Below, one piece after another: positions 1-11,938 of a DNA stretch of 64,000 nt (the stretch's first letter is position 1; every line of letters begins with the position of its first letter). Below the pieces are notes generated by a model, which saw only the letters and a program-made list of their open reading frames with translations, was not told the DNA's origin and did not search any database. Source of the DNA: Squalus acanthias (Eukaryota); NCBI GenBank assembly GCA_030390025.1, contig JASTWF010000070.1, positions 744,001-808,000 of the forward strand. The letters are read 5' to 3'. The position numbers and the translations under genes were made by a program.

Positions 1-881
1 CTGCAAGTTTCTCCTGTTCAAGTCTCAGTGTAACATAGTGACATATTCAGTGTCCACTGTCAGAACTTCACAGTGTAGCTCACAACTTTCCTCTCTCTCT
101 CTCTCTCTCTCTGTCTCATGCCGCATCCGAATAATACCGGCGCTTAGAGGGTTAAATTACGAGGACGGGTTGCATAAACTTGACTTGTCTTCCCTTGAGT
201 TTAGAAGATTCAGGGCTGATCTGATCGAAGTGTTTAAAATGTAAAAAAGGATTCGCTCCGATAGGGACAGAGAAACGATTTACTCCGGTCGTGGAATCAA
301 GAACCAGGGCACACCAACTTAAAATTAGAGCCTGGCCATTTAGGAGGGAAGCACTTTTTCACACAGGTTCGAGTGGCTGAATGGCCTCCTCCTGTTCCTA
401 TGTCACGATTTTATAAATCAGTGCTCCTGTGAGGACATTCGGCCCATCGTGATTGTACCGGAGCTTTGAATAGAGCCATCCAATTATTTCCACTCCCCTA
501 CTCTTTCCCTAAAGCCCTGCATTTATCCTTTTCAAGCATTTATCCATTTCACTTTTGAAAGTTACTATTGAATCTGCTTCCACCGCCCTTTCAAGCAGCG
601 CGTTCCAGATCACAACAACTCGCTGCGTAAAAAGAACACTTCTCCTCATCTCCCCTATTGAATGGGAGCAGGAAATGGTGTCAAACTTCATTTCAGCGCA
701 GTATTATTCCCCGAGGCGCTTCAACAATTCCAATTCTGACCAGTTTAACATTTATAGGGTATAAATACATCCAACATCACAATTCACTGAATCGAGATTT
801 CTCTGGCGCCCGGGAATGAAAGCGACTGAAAATTAATAATAATTGAAACAATGTGAATGATAGAATGAGAGAGTCACTTAC

Positions 882-1436
882 TCTTTACACTCAGGGCGGT
901 CCCCGGTCCGAAGATGAATCCCGAGTCCCACACACCACAGTAATAGACGGCGGAGTCACCGGGCACCAGGGTTCCGATGGTCAGAATGTAACTGTTACCG
1001 GAGGCGTCTCTGGAAGGTTGCAAACGGTTTGTGAAGAGGGGGCCTCGGTTGATGGTGCCATCGGTACCCTGATAGAGCACCCACAACGGAGCTTCACCGG
1101 GTCGCTGTCGGTACCAGTTCACGTAATATCTTCCCACAGCCGCGTTCTGCAGCGCACACTGTAACCGTGCGGTCTGACCCGCGGAGACAGGATCGGATAG
1201 TGGGGACTGATTGAGGACGGGAGCCGCCAGGACACCTTCAATAAAAGGAAAAAAACAACCCATTCAGAGACTTTGAGCAAATAGGACGTTAATGCGTCAA
1301 TAAACACGGAGAGAAAACAGCCCGATTCTCGGTATTGAACCGATTTAGATGCGGATAAACCCGTGACTAAAACCATCCGTCTCTCACCCGTTAAGTGGAT
1401 CAGCAGAGCCCACAGGAGATGCATCGCTGGAGCCAT
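882..1436 (-). CDS. Ig light chain copy 1 (sigma-cart/type I/NS5-like), leader exon 1436-1388 plus germline-joined VJ exon 1235-882; C exon outside window
   Basis: Leader MAPAMHLLWALLIHLT with phase-1 GT donor. AG acceptor, then GVLAAPVLNQSP..LQC..WYRQRPG..DSAVYYCGVWDSGFIFGPGTALSVK and a GTAAGT donor. V and J (FGPG) are contiguous with no RSS and no stops. Confidence 0.93.
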
Positions 1437-1552
1437 TTCCTCCGGAGAAGCGCCAACAGCCACCGCCCAAATTTCCGACTGAACCGAGCGCTGTTCCTGT
1501 AAACTCCGGGACACGGTCCTGTTACAGTGTCTGCAAACCCGAGACTCCGGGT

Positions 1553-1576
1553 CTATTTATTACCCGGTATGCAAAT
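1553..1576 (-). promoter_or_regulatory. Ig V promoter: octamer ATTTGCAT (1569-1576) plus TATA-like AATAAATA
   Basis: ATGCAAAT on + strand, i.e. ATTTGCAT in the light-chain orientation, ~130 bp upstream of the leader ATG. Identical in all three cassettes. Confidence 0.85.
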
Positions 1577-2894
1577 TGCTGGGAGGGGCCAGGAAAAGGA
1601 AGGAGGCAGATTTTTAATGCGGGACTTTTATTCAAATCTATTTGTGCCTGACTAAACTTTTGCAATCTTAAACCTTCGATTTACAAATGTTTAATCTCCA
1701 AATGGAGTTTCTGTTAAGGCCCGGTTCAGGGATTCCGAAGACTTCAGCGTTTAATGAATATTTAATGTATGTTCTACCCCAGAAAAATGAGGGGCGGATT
1801 GTAGGGATACGGATCAACTGATGCACTTCGGCCAGAATCGTTCTGATAACGAGCTGTTACTCTCTGATATACTGCATCAGATTTTAAAATCACCTTTTCC
1901 CCTTCAGTACATATTTCGTAATCCACTGACGTCGCTTTCTCTAACTCAGCAGCAAGACAACCCCGGATTTGTCAATCCCTTGAAAATTGGTGTTTCAATT
2001 GACAAATATGATTTGGGCTTCAGTCGGTAAATACATTTCTGATGAGAATATTCCTGAGGCGGAATAAAGAGCGATTTAGATGAATGAGAAAGTGGGGAGG
2101 AAAGCGGCATTTTACACCCTGCCCCGGATTAAAGAGAAGTTGTTCTAATATAATCTGAGTCTACCCCTTTAAAGCGCAGGAGGACAAATAAAACTCGGCA
2201 CAATATTAATAAAATTACACCTTGCCTTTAATTTGCTGCGGGTCCGATTAATGCGCGCAGTTCCCGTTTTAAACCCTGTTCCAGTTGAATTATTAAGCGG
2301 CGTGGTCAGTTGTTTCTAGGGCTCTGTGATGTTGAACACTTCCCCTGTTTGGAGTCAATCCCTAACTCCCCGCACTGAGTCTTGGTTCATGTTTTTAAAA
2401 GTCAGATTGAAACGGGTTGGTGTCGGTTAATTGAGGGTGAAAGAAAAATGCAGCAAATTATTAATAAATGGTTTGGCTCGAAATATTTGAGGCAAATGAT
2501 TAATATTTTTTGTTTAATAAATATCTGAATTGTGTTTCTGTGAAGTTAGGTATTCCCCTGTTCCTTAGAAAAACACACAGAGCGGCCGGAGGGATTCTCG
2601 CCCTTTGGAGTAGCCGGCACTGAATTCCGGCAGGGATTGGTTCTCACCTGGACACGGGGCTTTTCGGTGAAGCCCAGGTGCTTGGTTCTGTTTCTGTGCT
2701 GGAACTGATCACTGATTCCGCTGGTGTGTTAAAATTATTAAAGGGGCTTTGGTGCTGTGACTGGAGCTCCTCTCGCAACCTTGCACAGGGACCAGGAGCT
2801 TTGTCACTGCTGACACCGACACGGTTGACTGGAGAGCCAATCATTGCGCAGCACTGGCCACGTCGCGCACTGCACCTTGGGAACTGTAGTTTCA

Positions 2895-4990
2895 CATAGA
2901 ATGCAGCAGTTATACATTCCTTTCTGGCGCAAAAACACAAAAGGAAAAGCGGCCCAACCTTGGCTAACAAAAGAAATTAAGGATATTATTGTGTCCAAAG
3001 AGGAGTCATATAAAGTTGCCTGAAAAACTAGCAAGCCTGAGGATTGGGAGCAGTTTAGAATTTAGCAAAAAAGGACCAAGAGAATGATTAAGAGGGGGAA
3101 AATAGAATATGAGAGTAAACTTGCAAGGAACATAAAAGCGGACTGTAAAAGTTTCTACAAGTATGTAAAAAGAAAAAAGATTAGTGAAGACAAATGTAGG
3201 TCCCTCACGGTCAGAAACGGAAGAATTTATAATGGGGATCAAGGAAATGGCAGCGTAATTAAACAAATACTTTGGTTCTGTACTCACGGATAAGGATACA
3301 AATAACTTTCCAGAAATGCTAGGGATTCAAGGGTCTAGTGAGAAGGAGGGATTAATGGAAATTAGTATCAGTAAAAAAATAGTGCTGGAGAAATTAATTG
3401 GATTGAAAGCTGATAAATACCCAGGGCCTGATAATCTGTATCCAAGAGTACTAAAAGAGGTAGCCATGGAAATAGTGGATGCATTGGTTGTCATCTTCCA
3501 AAATTCCATAGATTAAAGAACAGTTGCTGCAGATTGGAGGGTGGCAAATGTAATCCCACTATTTAAAAAAGGAAGGAGAGTGAAAACAGGGAACTGCAGA
3601 CCGGTTAGCCTAACATCAGTCGTAGGGAAAATGCCAGAGTCTATTATAAAGGACGTGATAACAGGACACTTATAAAATATCAACGAGATTGGACAAAGTC
3701 AACATGGATTTATGAAAGGGAAATCGTGTTTGACAAACCTACTGGAATTTTTTGAGGATGTAACTGGTAGAATATTTAAGGGAGAACAAGCGGATGTGGT
3801 GTATTTGGATTTTCAGAAGGCCTTTGATAAAGTCCCACATAAGAGGTTAGTGTGCAAAATTAAAGCACATGGGATTGGCGGTAATATACTGGCATGGATT
3901 GTAAATTGGTTAAGAGACAGGAAACAGAGAGTAGGAATAAATGGGGTGGCAGGTGGTGACTAGTGGCGTACCGCAGAGATCAGTGCTTGGGCCCCAGCTA
4001 TTCACAATATATATCAATGATTTGGATGAGGGAACCAAATGTAATATTTCCAAGTTTGCTGACGACACGAAACTTGGTGGGACTGTGAGTTGTGAGGAGG
4101 ATGCAAAGAGGCTTCAAGGCGATTTAGACAAGTTGTGTGAGTGGGCAAATACATGGCAGATGCAGTATAACGTGGATAAATGTGAAGTTATACACTTCGG
4201 CAGGAAAAACAGAAAGGCAGAGTATTATTTAAATGGTGATAGATTGGGAAATGTTGATGTACAGAGGGACCTGGGTGTCCTTGTACACCAGTCACTGAAA
4301 GCAAACATGCAGGTGCAGCAAGCAGGTGGAGGCAAATGATATGTTGGCCTTCATTGCAAGAGGATTTGAGTACAGGAGCAAGGATGTCTTACTACAGTTA
4401 TACAGGGCCTTGGTGAGACCACACCTGGAGTACTGTGTGCAGTTTTGTCTCCTTACCTATGAAAGGATATACTTGCCATAGAGGGAGTGCAGCGAAGGTT
4501 CACCAGACTGAATCCTGGGATGGCAGGACTGTCGTATGAGGAGAGATTGGGTCGACTAGGCCTGTATTCACTAGAGTTTAGAAGAATGAGAGGGGATCTC
4601 GCGGAAACGTATACAATTCTGACAGGGCTAGAGAGACTGGATGCAGGGAGGATGTTTCCCCTGGCTGGGGTGTCTAGAACGAGGGGTCACAGTCTCAGGA
4701 TACGAGGTAGGATATTTAGGACTGAGACGAGGAGAAATTGCTTCACTCCGAGGGTGGTGAAACAGTGGCATTATCTACCACAGACAGCTGTGGAGGCCAA
4801 GTCACTGAATATATTTAAGAAGGAGATAGATAGTTTTCTGGACACAAAAGACGTCAAGTGGTATGGGGAGAGAGCGGGAATATGGTATTGAGATAGAGGA
4901 TCAGCCATGATCATATTGAATAGCAGAGCAGGCTCGAAGGGCCGAATGGCCTACTCCTGCTCCTATTTTTCTATGTTCCTATGTTTCTAT
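2895..4990 (+). mobile_element. CR1-type LINE, 5'-truncated, decayed ORF2 (RT)
   Basis: ORF fragments QHGFMKGKSCLTNL, YLDFQKAFDKVPH, GVPQxSVLGP, KFADDTKL; CR1-like 3' tail TTTCTATG repeats; frameshifts. Confidence 0.9.
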
Positions 4991-5029
4991 GGCCAATAGC
5001 CAAGTCAGCGCGTCTATTGACACCACTGT

Positions 5030-5910
5030 TTCAGATCCACCTCACCCCCACCTCTCTCGAGCAATCCACTGTCTCTAAATTGTCACACAGTTTGTCCAAC
5101 ATCCAGCCCTGGATGAGCAGAAATTTACTGGAACTAAATATTGGGAAGATGGAAACATATGTATTTGGTCCCCGCCACGAATTCTCTTCGCTCGCCATCG
5201 ACTCCATCCATCTCCCTGCCGGAAACAGACTGTTCACAATCTTGTTGTCATATTTGACCCTGAGATGATCTCTGACCACATATCAGCACCATAAGTAAGA
5301 CAGCCTATTTCCACCACCGTAACATCGCCCATCTCCGCCCTTGCCTCAGCTCATCTGCAGCTGGAACCCTCATCCGTGCCTTTGTGAACTCTACACTGGA
5401 CAATTCCAAAGCACTTCTGGCCGGCCTATCACTTTCTACAATCCGTAAACTTCAGGTCATCCAAAACGCGGTTGCTCGTGTCCTAACTCGCACAAAGACC
5501 TGTTCAATGATCGCCCTGTCCTCCCTGACCTACATTGTCTCCCAGTTAAGCAACACCTCAATATTTAATTTCTCATCCTTCTTTTCAAATTACTCCATGG
5601 CCTCACTATCCCTAGGTTTGTAATTTCCTCCAGACCAACAACCCTCTGAGGTATCTGTGCTCCTCTAATTCTGGCCTATTGAACATCCCCAATTATAATC
5701 TCTCAACCATTGCCGGCTGTGCTTTGAGCTGCCAGTGCCCTAAACTCAGGAATTCCCTCCCTAAACCTCTCCACCTCAATACCTCTCTCTCCTCCTCTAA
5801 CACGCTCCTACAAACCTACATCTTTGACCAAGCTTTTGCTTATCTGCCCTAATATATCGTTAGTTCTTATGTGGATTGGACATTTACTACTTTAAGAGCA
5901 CTACATAAAT
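5030..5910 (+). mobile_element. L2-type LINE 3' fragment
   Basis: Degenerate LSNIQPWMSRNLLELNIGK and KLQVIQNAVARVLTRT, typical of the L2 ORF2 C-terminus. Confidence 0.65.
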
Positions 5911-6929
5911 AACAGTTGTTGTTGTTGGAGTTGGGTCGGGACTTAAGGCAGGACTCACAGCAAAAAGCCTATTTTAGAGCAAACAAACTCAATTTGCTGA
6001 GCAAACAGAGTTTATTTAAACAGCGCAGTGCAGCAAACAGTCTACAGAGTCTATTTAAAGAGAGACTGTCCGAACTACAGCCAACAGACCTCATGACCCA
6101 AACTACAGCAACTCTCTCTCTCTCTGTCTCTCTGTCTCTCTCTTTCTCCCTCTCTCTGTCTCTCTCTCTTTCTCTTTTTCTCTGATAGCTCAGCGATCAT
6201 GCGCAGGAAGTACAATGAGACATAGTTTACAATTTTGCTTTGATATTGTGATTCACACATATCTAAAAACTTCATCACGATTCTAGAAACAAAAATTGGG
6301 GAATAAGCATCATTCAATCAAGAATGTTCGCGACGACAAATTTTTTAATTAAATGCAAGCAATGGTTACACACAAAACCATCATGAATTAATAGAAATAT
6401 ATGGTTCGGCCATCAGGTAATGAATGCTAACCATATCCATTGGATGTAATCCTCCCTTTACAAACGCCAGTGATGCTAACTAATGAATTCCAGAAGAAAA
6501 GATCTCGGGAAATTTCTCCTCAACTCCCTCACACCATCAAGCAAGCTCCAGCAGAACATGGTTACCAACAATTCCAGTTATACTTAAAATAATTTCGACT
6601 TACTGCAATGTGTCATTACTGGATATTTCTCAAATTGTGGAATAGAATAGATTTCTGCAACACTTTCTATTGCACAAGGTGTAGGTTGTCTTTAAACACA
6701 CGCGTACAGATACCGATAGGCATTCATTTATTGTGGATTGCATTTTATTCACAAGAACTATTTTTAGAAAATTTCTCCCAGGTATCATCGGAGGGGTTCA
6801 GGCCTTCCCAAGTATGGCCAGGTGTTGGTCGGTTAAGTAGTGGATCTTCTGTTCTCAAATGGCCTTGTGGTTGATATCTCTGTTCGGAGAGTGTGCAATT
6901 CAGCAGTTACAGAATGTAACTACATCTCC

Positions 6930-7320
6930 TGCTCGCCTCTGAGTTAGAAGGTTGTGGGTTCAAGTCCCACTCCAGAGGCTTGAGCACATAATCCAGGCTG
7001 ATAACCCAGGGCCAGTACTGAGGGAGCGCTGCACTGCCGGAGGTGTCGCCTTTCGGATGAGATGTTAAGCCGAGGCCCCGTCTGCTTTCTCGGGTGGGCG
7101 TAAAATATGCCACGGCACTATTTCGAAGAAGAGCTGGGGTTCACCTGGTAAATATTTATTCCTCAACCAACATCACTAAAACAGATGATCTGGAAACCAT
7201 AACGTTGATGTTTGTGGGAGCTTGCAGTGCGCAATATGGTTGCAGCGTTTCCTACATTACAACAGTGACTACACTTTAAAAGTACTGCCTTGTCTCTGAG
7301 CGTTTTGGGACATCCTGAAA
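6930..7320 (+). mobile_element. tRNA-derived shark SINE (SacSINE1/Deu-like)
   Basis: B-box-like GGTTCAAGTCCC head and the same body as copies at 23063 and 37503. Confidence 0.6.
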
Positions 7321-7834
7321 TCTGGGCTGGGAGTTGGACCCAAAAACTTCCAAGTCAAGAGGCGAGAGTGCTACCAACTGCACCACTGCTAACACCTGAA
7401 CATGCAGTGAATTACATATCCTACTTCAGTGTGAATCACCACTGTACTCTGGGGAAGAACACGGTTTCCCAAACTGTTATTTCAGAAATATAACGGGCGT
7501 GAACAAAACCTCTCAAGATATAAGCAAAATTAATATCTCGTTAATCAATCAGTCCCGTTTACTTAATTAGCCTAAGGTAAATTGGTCAGAATTCACAGTA
7601 CTCCGAATGGTGGGCCCTGGTTGTAATATACACTGAATGGAAACTCGCGACACAGCGCCACTAGCGGCCAACATAAATATCTACTAAAATCAAGAACTTC
7701 TTTGAGGGACCTGCTGGCCAAATTGATGTAGGATATTTGGACACATATTTATCATATCCAGCATGTCGCTGGGTTAAATTCTATTCTCATTCCTAAATAT
7801 CATGACAGGATCTAATTACAAAATAACAATTCCT

Positions 7835-8305
7835 CAAATCCAGGGATGTGGGAATTCAGTTACATGGATAGACTGGAGAAGCTGGGCATTTTATCCTTAG
7901 AGCAGAGAAGGTTAAGAGGAGATTTGATAGAGGTGTTCAAAATCGTGAGGGGTCTAGACAAAGTAGCTAGAGACAAACTGTTCCCATTGGCAGAAGGGCC
8001 GAGAACCAGAGGACACGGATTTAAGGTGATTGGCAAAAGAACCAAAGGTGACATGAGGAAAAACTTCTTTACGCAGCGAGTGGTCAGGATCTGGAATGCA
8101 CTGTTTGAAAGAATGGTGGAGGCAGACCCAATCGTGGCTTTCAAAGGGGAATTGGATAAGTATCTGAAGGAAAAAAAATTGCAGGGCTACGGGGAAAGGG
8201 CGCGGGGAGTCGGATTAGCAGAAGTGCTCTTGTGGAGAGCTGGCACGAGCTCGACGGGCCGAATGGACTCCTTCTGTGCTGTAACCATTCTCTGATTCTA
8301 CGATT
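7835..8305 (+). mobile_element. CR1 LINE 3' fragment
   Basis: LEQRRLRGDLIEVFKI..FFTQRVVRIWN motif. Confidence 0.8.
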
Positions 8306-9059
8306 TTAAACTTCTAGTGTGTTGTTCTATTTTAGATTTTTTTTTAATTTGCTTGCGGGAAATTTCCAACAAACTGGTCACCATCTTGCTACTGTGGCAC
8401 CAGTCAAGGCAAAAAGTGCAGAAAAATACGAGACCAGAAAGTCTTCGTTGTTTCAAATTATTTGCACACCGCCATCGTACTGATACCCTGGATTATCTTT
8501 AAAATACGCTAAACGGTGCTTGAAAAAGGAAAACATTCCACGCAAATCCTGGCGAGTGCACAGAGATATAGGAACATAGGAACAGGACGAGGCCATTCAG
8601 CTCCTCCAGCCTGTTCCTCCATTCAATGAGATCACGGCTGATCTGTATCTTAACTCCATCTACCCGCCTTGGTTCCGTAACCCTTGAAGCCCTTACCCAA
8701 CAAAAATCTATCAATGTCAGATTTGAAGTTATCAATTGACCCCCAGCCTCAAGGCTTTTGCGGGGAGAGACCTCCAGATTTCCACTGCACTTTGTGTGAA
8801 GAAGTGCCTCCTGCCAGCACCCCTGAACGGTCTGTCTCTAATTTTAAGGTCAGGATCCTGTTCTGGACTCGCCCCACCAGTGGAAATATTTTTTCTCTAT
8901 CCAAAGGAGAGACATCTGAGTCAGACAGTGGTGGGATCAAGTTTCGCTCCAGAGACTTGAGCACAAAAATCTAGGCTGACAATTCCAGTGCAGTATTGAG
9001 GGAGCGCTGCACTGTCAGGTCTGCCGACTTTCAGATCAACCACTAAACTATGCACAATT

Positions 9060-9617
9060 TTGTTCTACTGTGCTCAGTTTTGGTCTCCTTATCCAAGGAA
9101 GGATATACTGGCCTTGGAGGCGGTGCAACGAAGGTTCACTAGATTGATTCCTGGGATGAGAGGGCTGTTCTATGATGAGAGATTGTGTAGAGTGGGCCTA
9201 TACTCTCTGGAGTTTAGAAGAATGAGAGGGGATCTCATTGAAACATACAAAATTCTGAAGGGGATTGACAGGGTAAATGCTGAGAGGTTGTTTCCCTTGG
9301 CTGGACTGTCTAGATCTTGGGGGCATAGTCTCAGGATAAGGGCAAGACCTTTTAAGACCGAGATGAGGCGGAATTTCTTCACTCAGAGGGTTGTGAATCT
9401 TTGGAATTCTTTGCCCCAGAGGGCTGTGAATGCTGAGTCTTTGAGTATATTCAAGGCTGAGATCGATAGATTTTTGGACTCTAGTGGAATCAAATGATAT
9501 GGAGGAGGGCGGGAAAGTGGAGTTGAGGTCGATGATCAGACATGATCTTATTCAATGTAGGAGCAGGCTCGAGGGGCGGTATGGCCGACTGCTGCTCTTA
9601 TTTCTTATGTTCTTATG
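9060..9617 (+). mobile_element. CR1 LINE 3' fragment
   Basis: YCAQFWSP..LEFRRMRGDLIETYKI..FFTQRVVNLWN, TTCTTATG tail. Confidence 0.85.
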
Positions 9618-10656
9618 AGGCCCTCTGCCCTCTCAGGTTGACGTAAAAGATGCAATGGCAATATTTCAAGGAAACGCAGGGGAGTTCACCCTGGAGTCCT
9701 GGCCAATATTCATCCCTCAACCAACATCACTTAAAAACGGATGCTCTGGTCATTATCACATTGGTCTTTGTGGGAGCTTGCTGTGTGCAAATTGGCTGAC
9801 GCGTTTCCTACATTGCAACAGTGACTACACTTCAAAATAGCACTTCATTGGGTGCAAAGCGCGTTGGGACGTCCGGTGGTGGTGAAAGGCGCTATAGAAA
9901 TGCAAGTCTGTCTATTTTCTATCAACTTTAATCATCTTAAGCTCCTTAGTTTGAGATAGTTTAGGTGTTTGTTGAGAGTCTCTGTGGCTTTACATTGCAA
10001 GTTAAGTTACAGTTTCCACCTGCTGTGGATTCTTTCGTAAATCTGATAGAACTCATTCGAGTTCGCGTCTCTTTCCCGCCTTCTTTTTTGATGACATTTT
10101 CAATGCAGCAAAATCCAACGATGTGTCGAGTCTGGTCACGCGGGCCGCCCCGAGCCTGGAAAACATATTAAAACAGGGAAATATATTGATATTTAAATCA
10201 TGTTTATATCAGCTTACTCGTTCTCCATAAGACACGGGACTGGCTTCCTGTTTATAGGCAACAGTAGACGGATATTACTCAAAAATAATCTCAAATTAGA
10301 AACCAACAAGATTATTTTTTAAATCAAAGTATCCATTCAGACAACTTCACAGTTTGATTGGTTGACACGTCGAACCAATCCAATCAGCCGTTTCGTCATG
10401 CGCCATCTGCTTGGAGAAGTGTTTCCAGGGTCAAGGGGCATAGTTCCGAATAATGTCCTCAGGTCATCGTTCCAAGAGAATGGAAACCGCTGCTATGGCG
10501 CCCCTAACGGCAAGCGAAGAGTCTGCCTGGGACCTCAATGAAAAAGCTGTTTGCCTATTAGGAGGGCCGAGCTCGCTGCTTAGTGGTGTAGACAGATAGC
10601 AGCAGCGTCTCGTTCTAGCACACAGAAACGTACAGATACAAATGCACATACACACA

Positions 10657-10788
10657 NNNNNNNNNNNNNNNNNNNNNNNNNNNNNNNNNNNNNNNNNNNN
10701 NNNNNNNNNNNNNNNNNNNNNNNNNNNNNNNNNNNNNNNNNNNNNNNNNNNNNNNNNNNNNNNNNNNNNNNNNNNNNNNNNNNNNNNN
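10657..10788. other. Assembly gap (N run)
   Basis: Run of N. Confidence 1.
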
Positions 10789-11067
10789 AGGACAAGGGCA
10801 GCAGGTGCATGGAAACACCACCACCTCCAAGTTCCCAAAGTCACACATCATCCTGACTTGGAAATATATCGACCGTCCCTTCATCGTCACTGGGTCAAAA
10901 TCCTGGAACTCCCTCCCTAACAGCGCTGCGGGAGCACCTTCACTACACGGACTGCAGCGGTTCAAGAAGACGGCTCACCACCACCTTCTCAAGCGCAACT
11001 AGGGATGGGCAATAAATGCCGGCCTTGCCAGCGATGCCCACATCCCGTGAATAAAGAGAAATACATT

Positions 11068-11101
<34 letters not shown>

Positions 11102-11112
11102 TCGGCCCATAT

Positions 11113-11143
<31 letters not shown>

Positions 11144-11174
11144 CACAAATATAAACACAGACTCACCCACATAT

Positions 11175-11938
11175 AGGCCCAGAAATTGGAGTTCGATGGT
11201 TGCCGCGGGTTTAAGGATCCCCCGCGATATCGCACTCCGCGCCTACCTTTATGGTTTTGGCCCACACGAACTTCAGTTCCTGGGCCTCTCCTTGGTGCCG
11301 GTGCGCAGTGTGTGCGTGTCCCAGAGGCGCAGTTAGTTCGATGCTACCTCTGGGATCACGTGGGCCAGTTAGAGCCAATGGCAGCACACCATCTTTCATT
11401 CATAGTTTTGACAGCAAGAGCTTTCAAAACTATGAATACATCAAGCCCCCAAAAGAACAGCTAAACCTCAATTAAATTTAAAAAAAGCCATCACATTAAT
11501 AAAATAACTATAGTTAAATAAATTAAACACTCTAAACAAAAATTAAAATTTTTGAACAAATTTAAATTATTTTTAAACGTTATAAAAATAAACTTACCTT
11601 TCTTTGAAGTCTCTAAAAAAGATAAACCTGTTGAAATTTTTTTTAAATAATATTTAATTAACTACTTACCTTGTTAAAAGGGGGTCTTACGCCTGCTTTC
11701 TTCATGTGTAAAATCTTGAACACTTCCCTGCGCGTTCAAACCTGAAAGAAAACTGAGTGTGCTGCGTGCATGCAACCTGTAGCGCGCACGCGGTTCACTT
11801 AGGACCCGCCCCCTTCGCAATACCCGAAGTGCCGGTTTCCCGCGCATGCGCAGTGCATGCAGGAAACCGGCACTTCGGGACCAAATACGCGAGAGTACAC
11901 AGTGCGTAATCTCCCTTATTAGGTCTAATTTTCGGGCC
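11175..11938. mobile_element. MITE-like element with imperfect terminal inverted repeats and an internal hairpin
   Basis: Ends GGCCCAGAAATT and AATTTTCGGGCC, inserted in a CA-rich tract; 18-bp perfect inverted arms at 11823-11879. Confidence 0.4.
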
